This document shows positions 38,740-49,115 of a stretch of DNA of 60,237 nucleotides, in pieces. The notes below the pieces were generated by a model. It saw nothing but the letters and a program-made list of their open reading frames with translations, searched no databases and was not told the origin of the DNA. This stretch comes from a virus (lineage: Duplodnaviria; Caudoviricetes), in IMG/VR virus record IMGVR_UViG_3300045303_000084, positions 1 to 60,237 of that record; one strand, given 5' to 3'. Made by a program: the position numbers and the translations under genes. Numbering within the stretch: the stretch's first letter is position 1; each line of letters begins with the position of its first letter.

Positions 38740-39295
38740 CCGCTCAACGCTGGACGAACGCTCGCATAACGTCTCGCAGATTGCGGTGCAATTGGAACTG
38801 CCCGACTCGGGATGGGGCGCCGAGGGATCGCGGGCAAGTGTTGAGCGGGTGCGGGCTGCCCGGCGGATTGCGTTTGTCCGCTGGTGCGCCGAGGTGGGGG
38901 AGATTAGTGATGGCGGTTGACATCGACTACTGCGACGCTGAGGCCCAGGCCGATCCGCGCTATCAGTACGCCGAGGCGACGTTCAACCCGGCTCCCGGCA
39001 CATGGGCACCCGACTGCGGCCACCCAGCCTGTGTCGCGGATGACGATGTCTGCGTCACGTATGGCCCAGGTGCCGGACACGAGTGGGATTGCCCGGTGGC
39101 GACGTGCCGGCTGGACACGGCAAGTGCGGCGTGCGGCTTTGCGCCCGGCCACGATGGTGATCACTCCTGGGCGCTACCGCCGACACCAGAGGCCCGCCTC
39201 GTTCCGTACGAAGCGCCGAGGATTGAAGCCATCCTGATCCAGGTCGTGCCAGAGGACGACGACACCCCGCGCGTCGGGCAGCCGGCGGAGGCACC

Positions 39296-39532
39296 GTGAG
39301 CATACACATCTCGATTGGTCTGACCGCCCTACCGCCGTACTGCATCGTCGGGCGGAATGACCTGAGTCAGGAGCCGCTGTGGTTCCTGGAGGTGTGGCCG
39401 ATGAAGAACGGTAACGAAGAGGCGGTGACGTTCCTGACCGATTCGCTTGACGACCTGGATACGCTCTGGCAGGCGATCCGCAGCGCCGTTGATCGTCGGC
39501 GGCAGGTTGAGCAACCAGTGAGGGCATCGTGA
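39296..39532 (+). CDS. Hypothetical protein
   Basis: SD GGAGG, GTGA-coupled. Confidence 0.45.
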   Translation: MSIHISIGLTALPPYCIVGRNDLSQEPLWFLEVWPMKNGNEEAVTFLTDSLDDLDTLWQAIRSAVDRRRQVEQPVRAS

Positions 39533-39904
39533 TCGCCTGGGAAACCATCTGCCGCCAGTGCTGGCACTGGTTCGACCGTCCTGGCCGCCGTGGCCCGATC
39601 CCCCGCTGGTGCAGCTTTGCCTGCCGTCAAGCCGCGTACAGGCGCAGGAAGCGCGAGGCGGCCTCGTGATCTCGAACCCCGACTCCATCGCCGCCGCGCT
39701 CCACCCGTGGATTGCCCTGGTGGGGCTTACGTGCAGCGTGCTGAGTTTGACGCTCGCCGTCCTCTCGCTCACTGTCTCCTGGTGTCTACGCCGCCCACCA
39801 CGCACCACGGTGCTGATGGCGCTGCTCATGGCCTCCATCAGCACCCCGATCAATGCGTACTTCGCCTGGATGTCCTGGTCGTGAGCGGGAGATGGGGAGG
39901 GGCG

Positions 39905-40120
39905 TCAGGCGGGTGGGGATTTGCGCGATCCCCGGGGGCGGCCAACCTTCGGGTGGTGCGTCTCCCGGAACCGATCGAGGACGGACTCTTTGACCAGGTA
40001 CGTCTTGCCATACAGGTCAGCCGTCAGTACCCCGCGAGCCGCGAGTTGCCGCAGCCGGCGCTGCGTGTAGCCGGTGATCTCGGACGCCTCGGCCAGCGTA
40101 AACAACCGCTCCTCCCCCAT
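39905..40120 (-). CDS. HTH DNA-binding protein
   Basis: LFTLAEASEITGYTQRRLRQLAARGVL.A..GKTYLV...GRPRG. Confidence 0.65.
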   Translation of the reverse strand: MGEERLFTLAEASEITGYTQRRLRQLAARGVLTADLYGKTYLVKESVLDRFRETHHPKVGRPRGSRKSPPA

Positions 40121-40284
40121 GCCGGGCGATTGTATGCGCCCGCGTTTGGATTCTACCAGAGGGTTGTACCCATATAGGAAGAATTCGTATACTTCCCGTG
40201 TAGGAAAAACAGGGAGGAAGTGACTCTTACCCGCTTCGTAACGCAGACCTGGGCGGCAGCCCATTCGAGCAGGATTGACGACAC

Positions 40285-40944
40285 ATGGTGACGTTTGGCG
40301 CAGTGAAGGAACGCGAGTTTTCGCTCATCGAGGCTGGAGAGTATTGCTTGACCCTCAACGAGCTGGAGGAGTCGAGCGGCCAGTTCGGGGATCGCATGAT
40401 CTGGAAGTTCCTCGTAGCCCCGGTCAGCGATCCGACGAACTACATCAACAAGCGGAAGGACGGCACGGGCGACGAGAAGGACGTGTGGGTCTTCACCGAT
40501 CCGGACATCATCCTCGGCTCGATTCAGCACGAGTTCGTGGAGAAGCTCACCGAGCGACCTTTTGCAAAAGGCTCCGAACCGCCCGACGAAGACGATCTGA
40601 TCGGGCACCGCATCATCGGCTACATCACGCACTACGTCCCGAAGAAGGGCAAGAACGCGGGCACGAAACAGGAGCAGGTTGTGGCCGGTTCGATCAAGCC
40701 GTTCAAGGGGCCGTCCAAGACCGTAGCCCGTGCGGTTGAGCCTGACCCCAACGCCGCCTCGTCGCAGAACGGTGACGTGGAGCGCGCCGAGCTGGTCGAG
40801 GAAACCAGGAAGCAAATCCGCAAGGCGACCATCCTCGATCTCGAACACGCCGAGGCGTGGGCCGCGATCGATCTGGAGGGACTGACCCACCAGGAACTCC
40901 GCGACGGCCTCCAGACGATCAAGGAAGCCATCGCGGCGGCGTAG
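40285..40944 (+). CDS. Putative ssDNA-binding / replication accessory protein
   Basis: LIEAGEY..L...GQFGD...WKF, DEDDLIG; upstream of the primase. Confidence 0.5.
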   Translation: MVTFGAVKEREFSLIEAGEYCLTLNELEESSGQFGDRMIWKFLVAPVSDPTNYINKRKDGTGDEKDVWVFTDPDIILGSIQHEFVEKLTERPFAKGSEPPDEDDLIGHRIIGYITHYVPKKGKNAGTKQEQVVAGSIKPFKGPSKTVARAVEPDPNAASSQNGDVERAELVEETRKQIRKATILDLEHAEAWAAIDLEGLTHQELRDGLQTIKEAIAAA

Positions 40945-41025
40945 GTTCGTTGCCCCACTCTCGTACAGCGAGCGCGGTTGTCGTGGACCGGGTGGGGCTC
41001 CAGAAAGAAACCAGGAGAAGCAGCG

Positions 41026-41298
41026 ATGCCAGCGTGTAGGGGTTGCGGAGCGGCGGTGACCTTCGTCCTGACGAAGAACGGCAAGCACATGCCGACCGAT
41101 CCGGACGGGAAAAGCCACTTCGCCTCGTGCCCGCAGGTCAAGACGTCCAGGCGCCCGGCGCTGCCGAAGGACACGTGCCACACCTGCGGGTCACGGAACG
41201 TGTTGCAGGCGCCTGGTATGGGTCCGCATGCGGCTGGTTTGCGTTGCCTCGACTGTCGTGTGTTTCGCTGGCTCCGCGCGAGTGATGTGACGGGATGA
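41026..41298 (+). CDS. Zn-binding hypothetical protein
   Basis: CRGCGA.V.F..T.NGK.MP.D...SHFASCP. Confidence 0.6.
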   Translation: MPACRGCGAAVTFVLTKNGKHMPTDPDGKSHFASCPQVKTSRRPALPKDTCHTCGSRNVLQAPGMGPHAAGLRCLDCRVFRWLRASDVTG

Positions 41299-43625
41299 TG
41301 CCTGCGCCTCGCGCCTCGTCAATCCCCCGCGCCATGCGCGAGACGGACCAGTGGGTCGTCTGGAAGCTGGAGCCGTCACCGAAAGACCCGTCGAAACTGA
41401 CAAAAGTTCCCTACAGCGCACACGACGGGTCGAACGCCTCCAGCACCGATCCGAAGACCTGGGCGACGTTCAAACAGGCGCTCCTCTTCCACCTCGACAA
41501 CGAGTGGACGGACGGCGTCGGCATGGTGGTCTGCGACGCGGACGACTTCGTTGGCATTGACCTCGACCACTGCCGCGATCCGGACACGGGCGCGATCGAG
41601 CCGTGGGCGCAGCATGTTGTCGAGACCGTCAATAGCTACACCGAAGTCACGCCGTCGAATGCGGGGCTTCGGATCTTTGCGCGTGGGACGTTGCCGCCGT
41701 CCGGCCGCAAGCGCGGCGACTTCGAGATTTACGAGAACGGGCGCTACCTGACCGTCACGGGACAGCATCTCGAAGGAACGCCGCTCACCGTTGAGACGCG
41801 CGAGCTGGAGATCCGCCGCGTGCATCGCGAGGTCTGGCCCGACGCAGGCAAGCCGAAACCGGCCGATCGGCCGTCGCCGCAGCCGACCAACCTGGCCGAC
41901 TCGGAGCTGTTAGAGAAAGCCAACGACGCCGTCAACGGTGCGAAGTTCGCGGCACTCTGGAGCGGCAGCACGGCCGGGTATCCGTCGCAGAGCGAGGCCG
42001 ACATGGCGCTCTGCAACCTGCTGGCGTTCTGGACGGGCGGCGACGCGGGGCGCATGGATCGCCTGTTCCGTGCCTCCGGACTGATCCGTCCGAAGTGGGA
42101 CGAGCGTCACTACGGCGGCGGGCAGACATACGGCGACCACACGATTGAATCGGCCATCGACAACGCGACGGAGTTCTACAAACCGCCGCTGATCGGACAG
42201 AGCCTCGGTCGTATCGGCATGAACGGAGCGACGACGACCAATCCTCCGATTGATGCCAGCAGCGGCGCCGAGGAAGCGCTGGAGGTCCGTGCGTTCACTG
42301 ATACCGGGAACGCCGAGCGACTGGTCGACCAGTACGGCAAGGACATCCGCTTCTGTCACCCGTGGGGCGTCTGGCTGCATTGGGACGGGCAACGCTGGAA
42401 ACGCGACCAGACGGGCACCGTGCGCCGCTGGGCAAAGATCGTGGTCCGATCGATCTACGGCGAGATCGCGGTCGCGGCCACAAAAGAGCAGCGGACGCTG
42501 ATCTGGAAGCACGCCAACAAGAGCGAATCGGCGGCAGCTCGTGCGTCGATGCTGAAACTCGCGGAAGCTGAGAACGGCATCCATATCGAGCCCGAAGAGA
42601 TGGACCGCGACCCATTCCTCCTCAACGTCCTGAACGGAACGCTTGACCTTCGGACGGGACATCTCCGACCGCATAACCAGGCCGACAACATCACAAAGCT
42701 CGCGCCTGTGATGTACGATCCGGATGCCGAGTGTCCGACGTTCCTGGCGTTCCTCGACCGCGTACTTCCCGATCTGGAAGTCCGTCGATTCCTGCGGCGA
42801 ATGACCGGCTACGGGATGACCGGGATTACCTCAGAGCAATGCCTGGCGTTCTTCTACGGCGGCGGCGCCAACGGCAAGTCAACGTACCTCGACGTGATCC
42901 ACGACATGCTCGGAGACTACGCCCAGACGGCGGCGCCTGACCTCCTGACATCGCGCGGCGGTGACCGTCATCCGACTGAACTGGCCGACCTCTTCGGCGC
43001 GCGGTGGGTGTCGTCTATTGAAGTCGATGAGGGAAAACGCCTGGCCGAAACTCTGGTCAAACAAATGACGGGCGGCGACAAGATGAAAGCCCGTTTCATG
43101 CGGACCGATTTCTTCCAATGGACTCCGACGCATAAGCTGCTACTGGCGGCAAACCATAAACCGGAGATTCGTGGGACCGATTACGCCATCTGGCGCCGTA
43201 TCCGACTCGTTCCGTTCACGGTGACGATTCCAGAAGGTGAGCGCGATGGGAACCTTGGCGAGAAACTGCGCGCGGAGTTGCCGGGCATCCTGAACTGGGC
43301 CATCGCGGGGTGCCTGGAATGGCAACGGTCCGGGTTAGGCATTCCGCAGACGATCCGTGATGCGACCGAGGAGTACCGCCAGGAGCAGGACATTCTGGCC
43401 CGATTCGTTGAGGAGAAATGTGTAACCGATCCGCAAGCGTGGGTTGCATCTGGAGTAATCTACGCGGTCTATGTCGCGTGGTGTAAGGGGGGTGGAGAGG
43501 AGCCAATTAGCAACACGGCGTTTGGAAAACGCTTGACGGAGCGCGGATGCTCTGCGGGTCAGCGGCCGAGCGGAGAGCGAATCAGGACGGGAATCCGCCT
43601 CTTGGGGCCGGACGAACAGCCATGA
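41295..43625 (+). CDS. Primase-polymerase / SF3 helicase (NrS-1-like primpol + D5/P4-family helicase)
   Basis: QWVVW..KVPY..STDPKTW..GIDLDHC..YTEVTPS; SQSEADMALC; TDTGNAER; GGGANGKST Walker A; KQMTGGD..ARF. Confidence 0.9.
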   Translation: MMPAPRASSIPRAMRETDQWVVWKLEPSPKDPSKLTKVPYSAHDGSNASSTDPKTWATFKQALLFHLDNEWTDGVGMVVCDADDFVGIDLDHCRDPDTGAIEPWAQHVVETVNSYTEVTPSNAGLRIFARGTLPPSGRKRGDFEIYENGRYLTVTGQHLEGTPLTVETRELEIRRVHREVWPDAGKPKPADRPSPQPTNLADSELLEKANDAVNGAKFAALWSGSTAGYPSQSEADMALCNLLAFWTGGDAGRMDRLFRASGLIRPKWDERHYGGGQTYGDHTIESAIDNATEFYKPPLIGQSLGRIGMNGATTTNPPIDASSGAEEALEVRAFTDTGNAERLVDQYGKDIRFCHPWGVWLHWDGQRWKRDQTGTVRRWAKIVVRSIYGEIAVAATKEQRTLIWKHANKSESAAARASMLKLAEAENGIHIEPEEMDRDPFLLNVLNGTLDLRTGHLRPHNQADNITKLAPVMYDPDAECPTFLAFLDRVLPDLEVRRFLRRMTGYGMTGITSEQCLAFFYGGGANGKSTYLDVIHDMLGDYAQTAAPDLLTSRGGDRHPTELADLFGARWVSSIEVDEGKRLAETLVKQMTGGDKMKARFMRTDFFQWTPTHKLLLAANHKPEIRGTDYAIWRRIRLVPFTVTIPEGERDGNLGEKLRAELPGILNWAIAGCLEWQRSGLGIPQTIRDATEEYRQEQDILARFVEEKCVTDPQAWVASGVIYAVYVAWCKGGGEEPISNTAFGKRLTERGCSAGQRPSGERIRTGIRLLGPDEQP

Positions 43626-43762
43626 TCTGCGGGTTTTCTGCGGGTTGGTCTATCTGGTGACTGCGGGTTCTGCGTCAATTTCCGCATAAACGGCTTTCTA
43701 TATCTTACGTAAGACCGTTTATATGGAAAAACGCGCAGAACCAGCAGACCCGCAGAAAAGAC
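43626..43762. other. Putative replication origin
   Basis: Repeated CTGCGGGTT (43627, 43638, 43661), inverted copies (CCGCAG) on the far side, AT-rich core with ATAAACGG...CCGTTTAT inverted repeat, immediately after the helicase. Confidence 0.6.
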
Positions 43763-43774
43763 AAAAACAGCGAC

Positions 43775-44218
43775 ATGGAGAGTTGTGAATCAATGGCGGG
43801 GCTGTTTCGCGGAAAAGTCAAAGAAGGCCGGGCACGAAAAACGTCTAGGCGCCGTCGTCACAGTGCGCTCTACACGTCGTACATGCAGTCCGAAGCGTGG
43901 AAGGCGCTACGGCAAACCATGATCGACATCACGGGGTGCTGCGAGCGTTGTGAACTTACGGACGAAGTCACCATGTTAGAGGTTCACCATCTGACGTATG
44001 AGCGTCTCGGGCACGAGGATCTCGATGACCTTCAGGTGCTCTGTCCGCCGTGTCACGTCATTGCCGATGCCGAGCGCGCGCAGGAAACACAGAACGACTT
44101 GGAGTTCCGGCGGCTTGATGGGTGGGCGACGAAGGTATACGGCCCGGACTGGGAAAACGATCCGGGATACGCGGACGCCGAGGAAGCCTTCGAAGAATGG
44201 CTGGAGAGCCGTTCATGA
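43775..44218 (+). CDS. HNH endonuclease
   Basis: YMQSEAW..LR...CERC...LEVHHLTYERLGHE...DLQVLCPPCH. Confidence 0.8.
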   Translation: MESCESMAGLFRGKVKEGRARKTSRRRRHSALYTSYMQSEAWKALRQTMIDITGCCERCELTDEVTMLEVHHLTYERLGHEDLDDLQVLCPPCHVIADAERAQETQNDLEFRRLDGWATKVYGPDWENDPGYADAEEAFEEWLESRS

Positions 44219-44892
44219 CATACCGTGGCTACACCATCGATGGCGAGCGCCTACCGTCCGTCACGACGGTCATCAGCCAGACGTTGCCTAACCCCGGCAT
44301 CGCAGCCTGGAAGGCCCGCGTAGGGGACGCCGAGGCTGCCCGAGTCAGCAAAGAGGCGACCGATTGGGGAACGGGGATTCACGCGCTCGTGGAAGCCGTG
44401 AATCGTGGCAACCGACAAAGCCTGACGGGTGATGAGCTGTTACTCGTGTACCCGTACTCGACCTGGCTGGACGCTAACGTTGAGTTGGTCATCGGCACCG
44501 AGAAGCTCCTCGTCTCACGGCAGTACGGATACGCCGGAACGACGGACGCTATCGCGGTCATGGCGGGTGATCGGTACCCGGCCATCCTGGACTTCAAAAC
44601 GTCGAAGACCGCGCTCGGCGCCGAGGAGTGGCGGCTTCAGACGGCGGCCTACTGCATCGCGGCCGAGGAGCATCTAGGGCTCGTGTGCCGGCGCCGAATT
44701 ATTGTCAGGTTGTCACGCATGGAACCTGACACGCTTCACGTCCACGAATTGCCCGAGGATGAGTTGGAAACAGATAAGACGTGTTTCCTAGCGTTGCTTC
44801 GGGTCTGGAAGTGGAAGCAGTCGACGGGTGAGATTCACGTGCCGAAGTCGAATTCGATTGGAAGAATCAAATTCAACGGGAGGCGAGCATGA
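44215..44892 (+). CDS. PD-(D/E)XK exonuclease (Cas4/RecB-like)
   Basis: LPSVTTVI, GTGIHALVE, GYAGTTD, ILDFKTS, LQTAAY. Confidence 0.8.
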   Translation: MTYRGYTIDGERLPSVTTVISQTLPNPGIAAWKARVGDAEAARVSKEATDWGTGIHALVEAVNRGNRQSLTGDELLLVYPYSTWLDANVELVIGTEKLLVSRQYGYAGTTDAIAVMAGDRYPAILDFKTSKTALGAEEWRLQTAAYCIAAEEHLGLVCRRRIIVRLSRMEPDTLHVHELPEDELETDKTCFLALLRVWKWKQSTGEIHVPKSNSIGRIKFNGRRA

Positions 44893-45572
44893 CCACCCAC
44901 CACGTCACGATCACCGAACGCGAAACCCTCGCCACCGACGACGGCCGATTCGCCTACCGCGCCGCCTGTACGTGCCGATGGCACGGCTGGGCCGTGTTTG
45001 CCCAAGAGCAAGCGAAGATTCAGCGGGACCGCCACCTCGAACAGGCCGAGATTGACGCGCGGACGCTGGATGAGGCGAGGAAGGGGGAGGGGGAGGACAG
45101 TCCGATGAGGGCGCTGTCACTCTGGCAGCCGTGGGCGAGTCTTGTCGCCTGGGGCGCCAAGACGATCGAGACTAGGAGTTTCAGCACGTCTTACCGAGGC
45201 TGGCTGGCGATCCACGCCACCAGGGCGTTCCCCGAGGACGCGCAAGTGATGTGCCACGAGGAGCCGTTCAAGACGGTCCTGAAGGCGCACGGCATCAGGC
45301 TGCCGGCTGACCTGCCGCGCGGCGCCATCATCGCGGTTGCCCGTCTGGTGGACTGCCGCAAGACCAGTGACGGCAAGCTCGCGTCGTGGCTGGCCGACTT
45401 GACCGCGCAGGAGCGGGCGTTCGGCAACTACGCGCCCGGCCGCTTCGGTTGGTTGCTGACGAACGTGCAGACCCTACCCGAGCCGATCCCAACTCGCGGC
45501 TATCAGATGCTCTGGGATGTCCCTGCCGATGTGCTGGCGCAGATCAACGCGCAGTTGGCGTTGCCGGCCTGA
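44889..45572 (+). CDS. ASCH-domain protein (possible internal start at 45105)
   Basis: MRALSLWQPWASLVAWGAKTIETR...LAIHA...PRGAII...GYQMLW. Confidence 0.8.
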   Translation: MTTHHVTITERETLATDDGRFAYRAACTCRWHGWAVFAQEQAKIQRDRHLEQAEIDARTLDEARKGEGEDSPMRALSLWQPWASLVAWGAKTIETRSFSTSYRGWLAIHATRAFPEDAQVMCHEEPFKTVLKAHGIRLPADLPRGAIIAVARLVDCRKTSDGKLASWLADLTAQERAFGNYAPGRFGWLLTNVQTLPEPIPTRGYQMLWDVPADVLAQINAQLALPA

Positions 45573-45573
45573 C

Positions 45574-46017
45574 ATGCCTACCAACCGCGTACGATCCACA
45601 GAAGCCTCAAAATCGCCGCTCACGCCCTCTACGCGGTCAAAAGTCCAGGGGGTGCTATCTCCAGACCTGAAAACGGTTTTGAAGCCCCAGAAGCCCAGAA
45701 AATACCGAAACGAGCCCGTCGAGTTCAACGGTCTTAGATTCGACAGCAAGGCCGAGCGGGATCGGTACTGCGTGCTGGTGTACGAGGAGAAGAACCGACG
45801 GATTCGCGATGTGGAAGTCCACCCGCGATTTCCGCTGGTGATCCACGAGCAGAACTGCGGCGTGTACGAGGCCGACTTCGCCTACATCGACGCAGCGACG
45901 GGTGAGCGGGTCGTTGAGGATGTGAAGTCGCCGGCGACGCGGAAACTCGCTACGTACAGGCTCAAAGTGCGGATGGTATGGGCGCTCTACGGGATCAGGA
46001 TTCGGGAGGTCGTATGA
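45574..46017 (+). CDS. DUF1064-like endonuclease
   Basis: KYRN...GLRFDSKAE...YEADFAY...VVEDVKS...YRLK. Confidence 0.75.
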   Translation: MPTNRVRSTEASKSPLTPSTRSKVQGVLSPDLKTVLKPQKPRKYRNEPVEFNGLRFDSKAERDRYCVLVYEEKNRRIRDVEVHPRFPLVIHEQNCGVYEADFAYIDAATGERVVEDVKSPATRKLATYRLKVRMVWALYGIRIREVV

Positions 46018-46063
46018 CCGCACGCCCGTGGCTGGCGACTGAGGAGGGGTAGGGGAGCGAGGG

Positions 46064-46324
46064 ATGAGAGACGAGTCTGAGACGGGACGGATGTTCGCGG
46101 TCGACCCGCACAAGGTCGCTGATGTTGCGATCAAGGTTCAGCAGGAGTACATCGCAAAACTGGAGGCTGAAAACGCGGGACTCAGGCAGGCCGGCAGCGA
46201 GTTGGCAACGTGGCTCCAGATGTGGGTTGACAACCACCCGGAGACAGCGCCGTGCTACAGCATCGCAGCCCTGGAGCGGTGGCGCGCGCTCGTGGACGTG
46301 CTGGCCGGCCAGGGGCCGACGTAG
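46064..46324 (+). CDS. Hypothetical protein
   Basis: Purine-rich SD; coiled coil. Confidence 0.45.
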   Translation: MRDESETGRMFAVDPHKVADVAIKVQQEYIAKLEAENAGLRQAGSELATWLQMWVDNHPETAPCYSIAALERWRALVDVLAGQGPT

Positions 46325-46578
46325 GTGAGCGGGCAACCGTTGCTCCCGCGCTGCACCGTCTGCCGCCAGCGTTTGCTGTGCGTCGACGGGCCGGAGGTTG
46401 TGCCGATCGGAGCAAGCCGAATCGTCCGCGTTGATCGTGAGACGGGCACCGTAACGATTCAGTGCGTGTGCGGCGCGGTGAGGGATTGGGAAGTACCGAG
46501 GATCAGGACGTACGGACGGTGATCTGATACACTGATTCTCGACTACGGGTGGTGAATTCCGCCCGGACATAGCGCACG

Positions 46579-46634
46579 AGGCATCTCGTCATCGGCTCAC
46601 ATGAGCCGGCGGTGGGGTGCCTTTTCTTCGTTTT
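46579..46634 (+). terminator. Long hairpin + U-tract upstream of the packaging operon
   Basis: GGCATCTCGTCATCGGCTCA-ca-TGAGCCGGCGGTGGGGTGCC-TTTTCTT. Confidence 0.6.
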
Positions 46635-46655
46635 AGGGGCAGGAAGGCAGCGCGA

Positions 46656-46838
46656 ATGATCGAGGCTCTCATCATTGCCGTGGTCGTGATCGCGGTCATC
46701 TTCGCCATTGCCCATATTCTCGTGCGGTACACGCCGATCCCGGGCGAGATCGTCTGGCTGGTGTACCTGATCGCCGCACTGATCGCGATCCTGATTCTCT
46801 GGAGAGTCATTAGCTCGGTTGTTGGGCCGCTGCCGTGA
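46656..46838 (+). CDS. Small membrane protein (2 TM)
   Basis: MIEALIIAVVVIAVIF...WLVYLIAALIAILILW. Confidence 0.6.
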   Translation: MIEALIIAVVVIAVIFAIAHILVRYTPIPGEIVWLVYLIAALIAILILWRVISSVVGPLP

Positions 46839-46938
46839 CCCGCCGATACAAGGCGCTCCGCGTGATGACCCGTGGCGGCGGCCGGGCGAAGTGGCGGCGC
46901 CTGGTGCGGCACCGGAAGGCGCGGTAGACGTAGGTGTT

Positions 46939-47514
46939 GTGACAGCAAATGACAGCGCTTTCAACTGGTCCCGGCGGACTGAGCGAGCAGCCCTCCTGGT
47001 TGCTCAGGATGAGCAGACGGACACGGCCATTGCCGCATCAGTTGGCGTCAGCCAGGTCACCATTGAGCGATGGAAGCGGCACCCCGAGTTTGCAGGCCGT
47101 GTCCAAGAGCATCGCGACCTCTGGCGAGAGCAGATCGAGGCCAAAGGTATCGCGGATCGCCAGAACCGTGTCGACGCGCTCAATGACCGCTGGCATCGGA
47201 TGCAGCAGGTGATTGAGGAGCGGGCGTCTGACCAAACGACAGCGCATGTCGCTGGCGGGTCGACTGGCTTGATCGTCCGTGATGTCAAGGGCGTTGGTAA
47301 GGGTGACGACTTTCAGCTCATTGACATCTACAGCGTCGATACAGGGTTACTGAGGGAACTGCGCGAGCACGAGAAGCAGGCCGCGCAAGAGCTGGGGGAA
47401 TGGTCCGAGAAGCGGGAGATCAGCGGCCCCGGCGGCGATCCGATCGAAGTCCGCGCTCGTGACTACCGAGAAGGGCTCGCGCCGTTCTTGCCGCCGGCGG
47501 ACGACGATGCCTAG
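46939..47514 (+). CDS. terS: Terminase small subunit
   Basis: IAASVGVSQVTIERWKRHPEF HTH; DTGLLRELREHEKQAAQELGEW..K.EISGPGG.PI; precedes TerL. Confidence 0.8.
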   Translation: MTANDSAFNWSRRTERAALLVAQDEQTDTAIAASVGVSQVTIERWKRHPEFAGRVQEHRDLWREQIEAKGIADRQNRVDALNDRWHRMQQVIEERASDQTTAHVAGGSTGLIVRDVKGVGKGDDFQLIDIYSVDTGLLRELREHEKQAAQELGEWSEKREISGPGGDPIEVRARDYREGLAPFLPPADDDA

Positions 47515-48781
47515 CATCGTGCTCGATCGGGTGCCGATGCTCCGTCCCGATCAGGCCATCATTGCCCGTCATCCGGCCAAGCGCAAGGCTGTTTGCATGG
47601 GGCGCCGATGGGGCAAGACTGTCCTCGGTCTCGTGTTGGTGCTCTCAGCGTTGCTGCAAGGGCTCAGGGTAGCCTGGTTGGTCCCCACCTATCGCAACTC
47701 TAATCCGCTCTGGCGAGCCGTTGAGTCGGCGTTGGCGCCGCTCCGGAAAGCTGGGCGGGCGAAGCTCAATCGCTCGGAGCGGTACGTCGAGTTGTGGAAT
47801 GGCGGATTCCTGGGTGTCTACACCGCCGATAACCCTGATGCCATGCGCGGCGAATGGTTTGACCTCGTCGTGACGGACGAAGCCTCGCGGGTGCCCGAAG
47901 CCGTGATTGAGGAAGTGGTTGAGCCCACGTTAGCCGATGCCGATGGCGATCACGTCGCGATCAGTACGCCGTTCGGCAAGAACTGGTTTTATCGGCTCTG
48001 GCAGCGCGGCCGAGAGGACGGCGAGTACACCGCCGCGTTCCGGGCGCCATCGTCGGCCAACCCAATGCCGACGATCCGTAAGGCGTACGACCGGGCGCGG
48101 ATGATCTTTGGTGAGGACTCGAACACCTTCCGTCAGGAGTGGGATGCGGAGTTCGTGGACAGCGGCGCCGTCGTCTGGCTTCGGGAGTGGGTCACGCGCT
48201 ACAGCCTGGATGACGACGACATGGACCGTCGCGTTATCGCTCGCATGCTGTCGTATGACACGGCGAACAAGGATAAGAACACCAACGCTTACAGCGCGTG
48301 CGCTGTGATTGAACTGCTCTCGGACTACCGCGCTCGCTTGCGTCACGTTTGGCGCGAACGGCTCTTGATGCCAAAACTGGTGGCCCGAGTCCAGGGTGAT
48401 GAGACAACGACCGGCGATATCGTCCGCTGGAATCACGATGGCAAACTCCAGGCCGTCGTGATCGAGGATCACGCCTCCGGCACTGGGCTCTATCAGACCA
48501 TGATGGATGCTGGCTCGCCGGCGCTTCAGAACATGCTTGTTGCGTTCCGTCCGACCGGCAGCAAGGATGAGCGCTTTGGACAGGCCGGCGTCTGGGTCAA
48601 GAACGGCGCATTCCTGGTGCCGAGTCCGTCCGATCAGACGCGCTGGCTCCATACCTGGGAGTCGGAAATCTTCGAGGAAGATGAGTTCAAGGATCAGCGA
48701 GACGCCACGGCACAGGGCATCCTGTACTGGGAACACTTGCTGGCCGAGGGCCACCGCGCCAGAATGGGCCACGCCGCATGA
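47507..48781 (+). CDS. terL: Terminase large subunit
   Basis: GRRWGKT Walker A, VVTDEA Walker B, ISTPFG, FRQEWDAEF, YDTA nuclease, IEDHASG, DQRDA. Confidence 0.9.
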   Translation: MPSIVLDRVPMLRPDQAIIARHPAKRKAVCMGRRWGKTVLGLVLVLSALLQGLRVAWLVPTYRNSNPLWRAVESALAPLRKAGRAKLNRSERYVELWNGGFLGVYTADNPDAMRGEWFDLVVTDEASRVPEAVIEEVVEPTLADADGDHVAISTPFGKNWFYRLWQRGREDGEYTAAFRAPSSANPMPTIRKAYDRARMIFGEDSNTFRQEWDAEFVDSGAVVWLREWVTRYSLDDDDMDRRVIARMLSYDTANKDKNTNAYSACAVIELLSDYRARLRHVWRERLLMPKLVARVQGDETTTGDIVRWNHDGKLQAVVIEDHASGTGLYQTMMDAGSPALQNMLVAFRPTGSKDERFGQAGVWVKNGAFLVPSPSDQTRWLHTWESEIFEEDEFKDQRDATAQGILYWEHLLAEGHRARMGHAA

Positions 48782-49002
48782 GGCTTTACAGCATGACCAG
48801 AGACGGCGCCTGGCGCGGCTATACACGCGAGGCGTTCCGAGAGTTGCGGCATGGCCGAGACGTGCGCTGGGCGCTTCGGACACTCTGGAAGATGCTTGGT
48901 CCGGGTCTTCATATCGGCATGATGTCGTATGAGGCCCGGTTTGGCCCGTTCATCCTTGCGCATTGGCGTGGCGGTGAGCAGCGTTGGAAGATTGGCGCAT
49001 GA
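48778..49002 (+). CDS. Hypothetical protein
   Basis: ATGA-coupled at both ends. Confidence 0.45.
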   Translation: MRLYSMTRDGAWRGYTREAFRELRHGRDVRWALRTLWKMLGPGLHIGMMSYEARFGPFILAHWRGGEQRWKIGA

Positions 49003-49036
49003 GCCTACAAGCGGTCCTGTCGCGCTACCCAGAATA

Positions 49037-49115
49037 TGGTAAAATTGTCGCAGTAATGCCGGGCGCTGTTGTAGCAGCCCCGGCCCGAACTAGCCTGTTG
49101 TGGAGGCCAGTTGCG
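49037..49115 (+). promoter_or_regulatory. Endonuclease-cassette leader (sense orientation, more diverged)
   Basis: TGGTAAAAT...GCCGGGCGCTG-ttgtag-CAGCCCCGGC...GGAGG..GTG. Confidence 0.65.

Noticed and set aside
44215-44892. Cas4 as part of a CRISPR system
   Set aside because: It is a stand-alone phage PD-(D/E)XK exonuclease in the replication module
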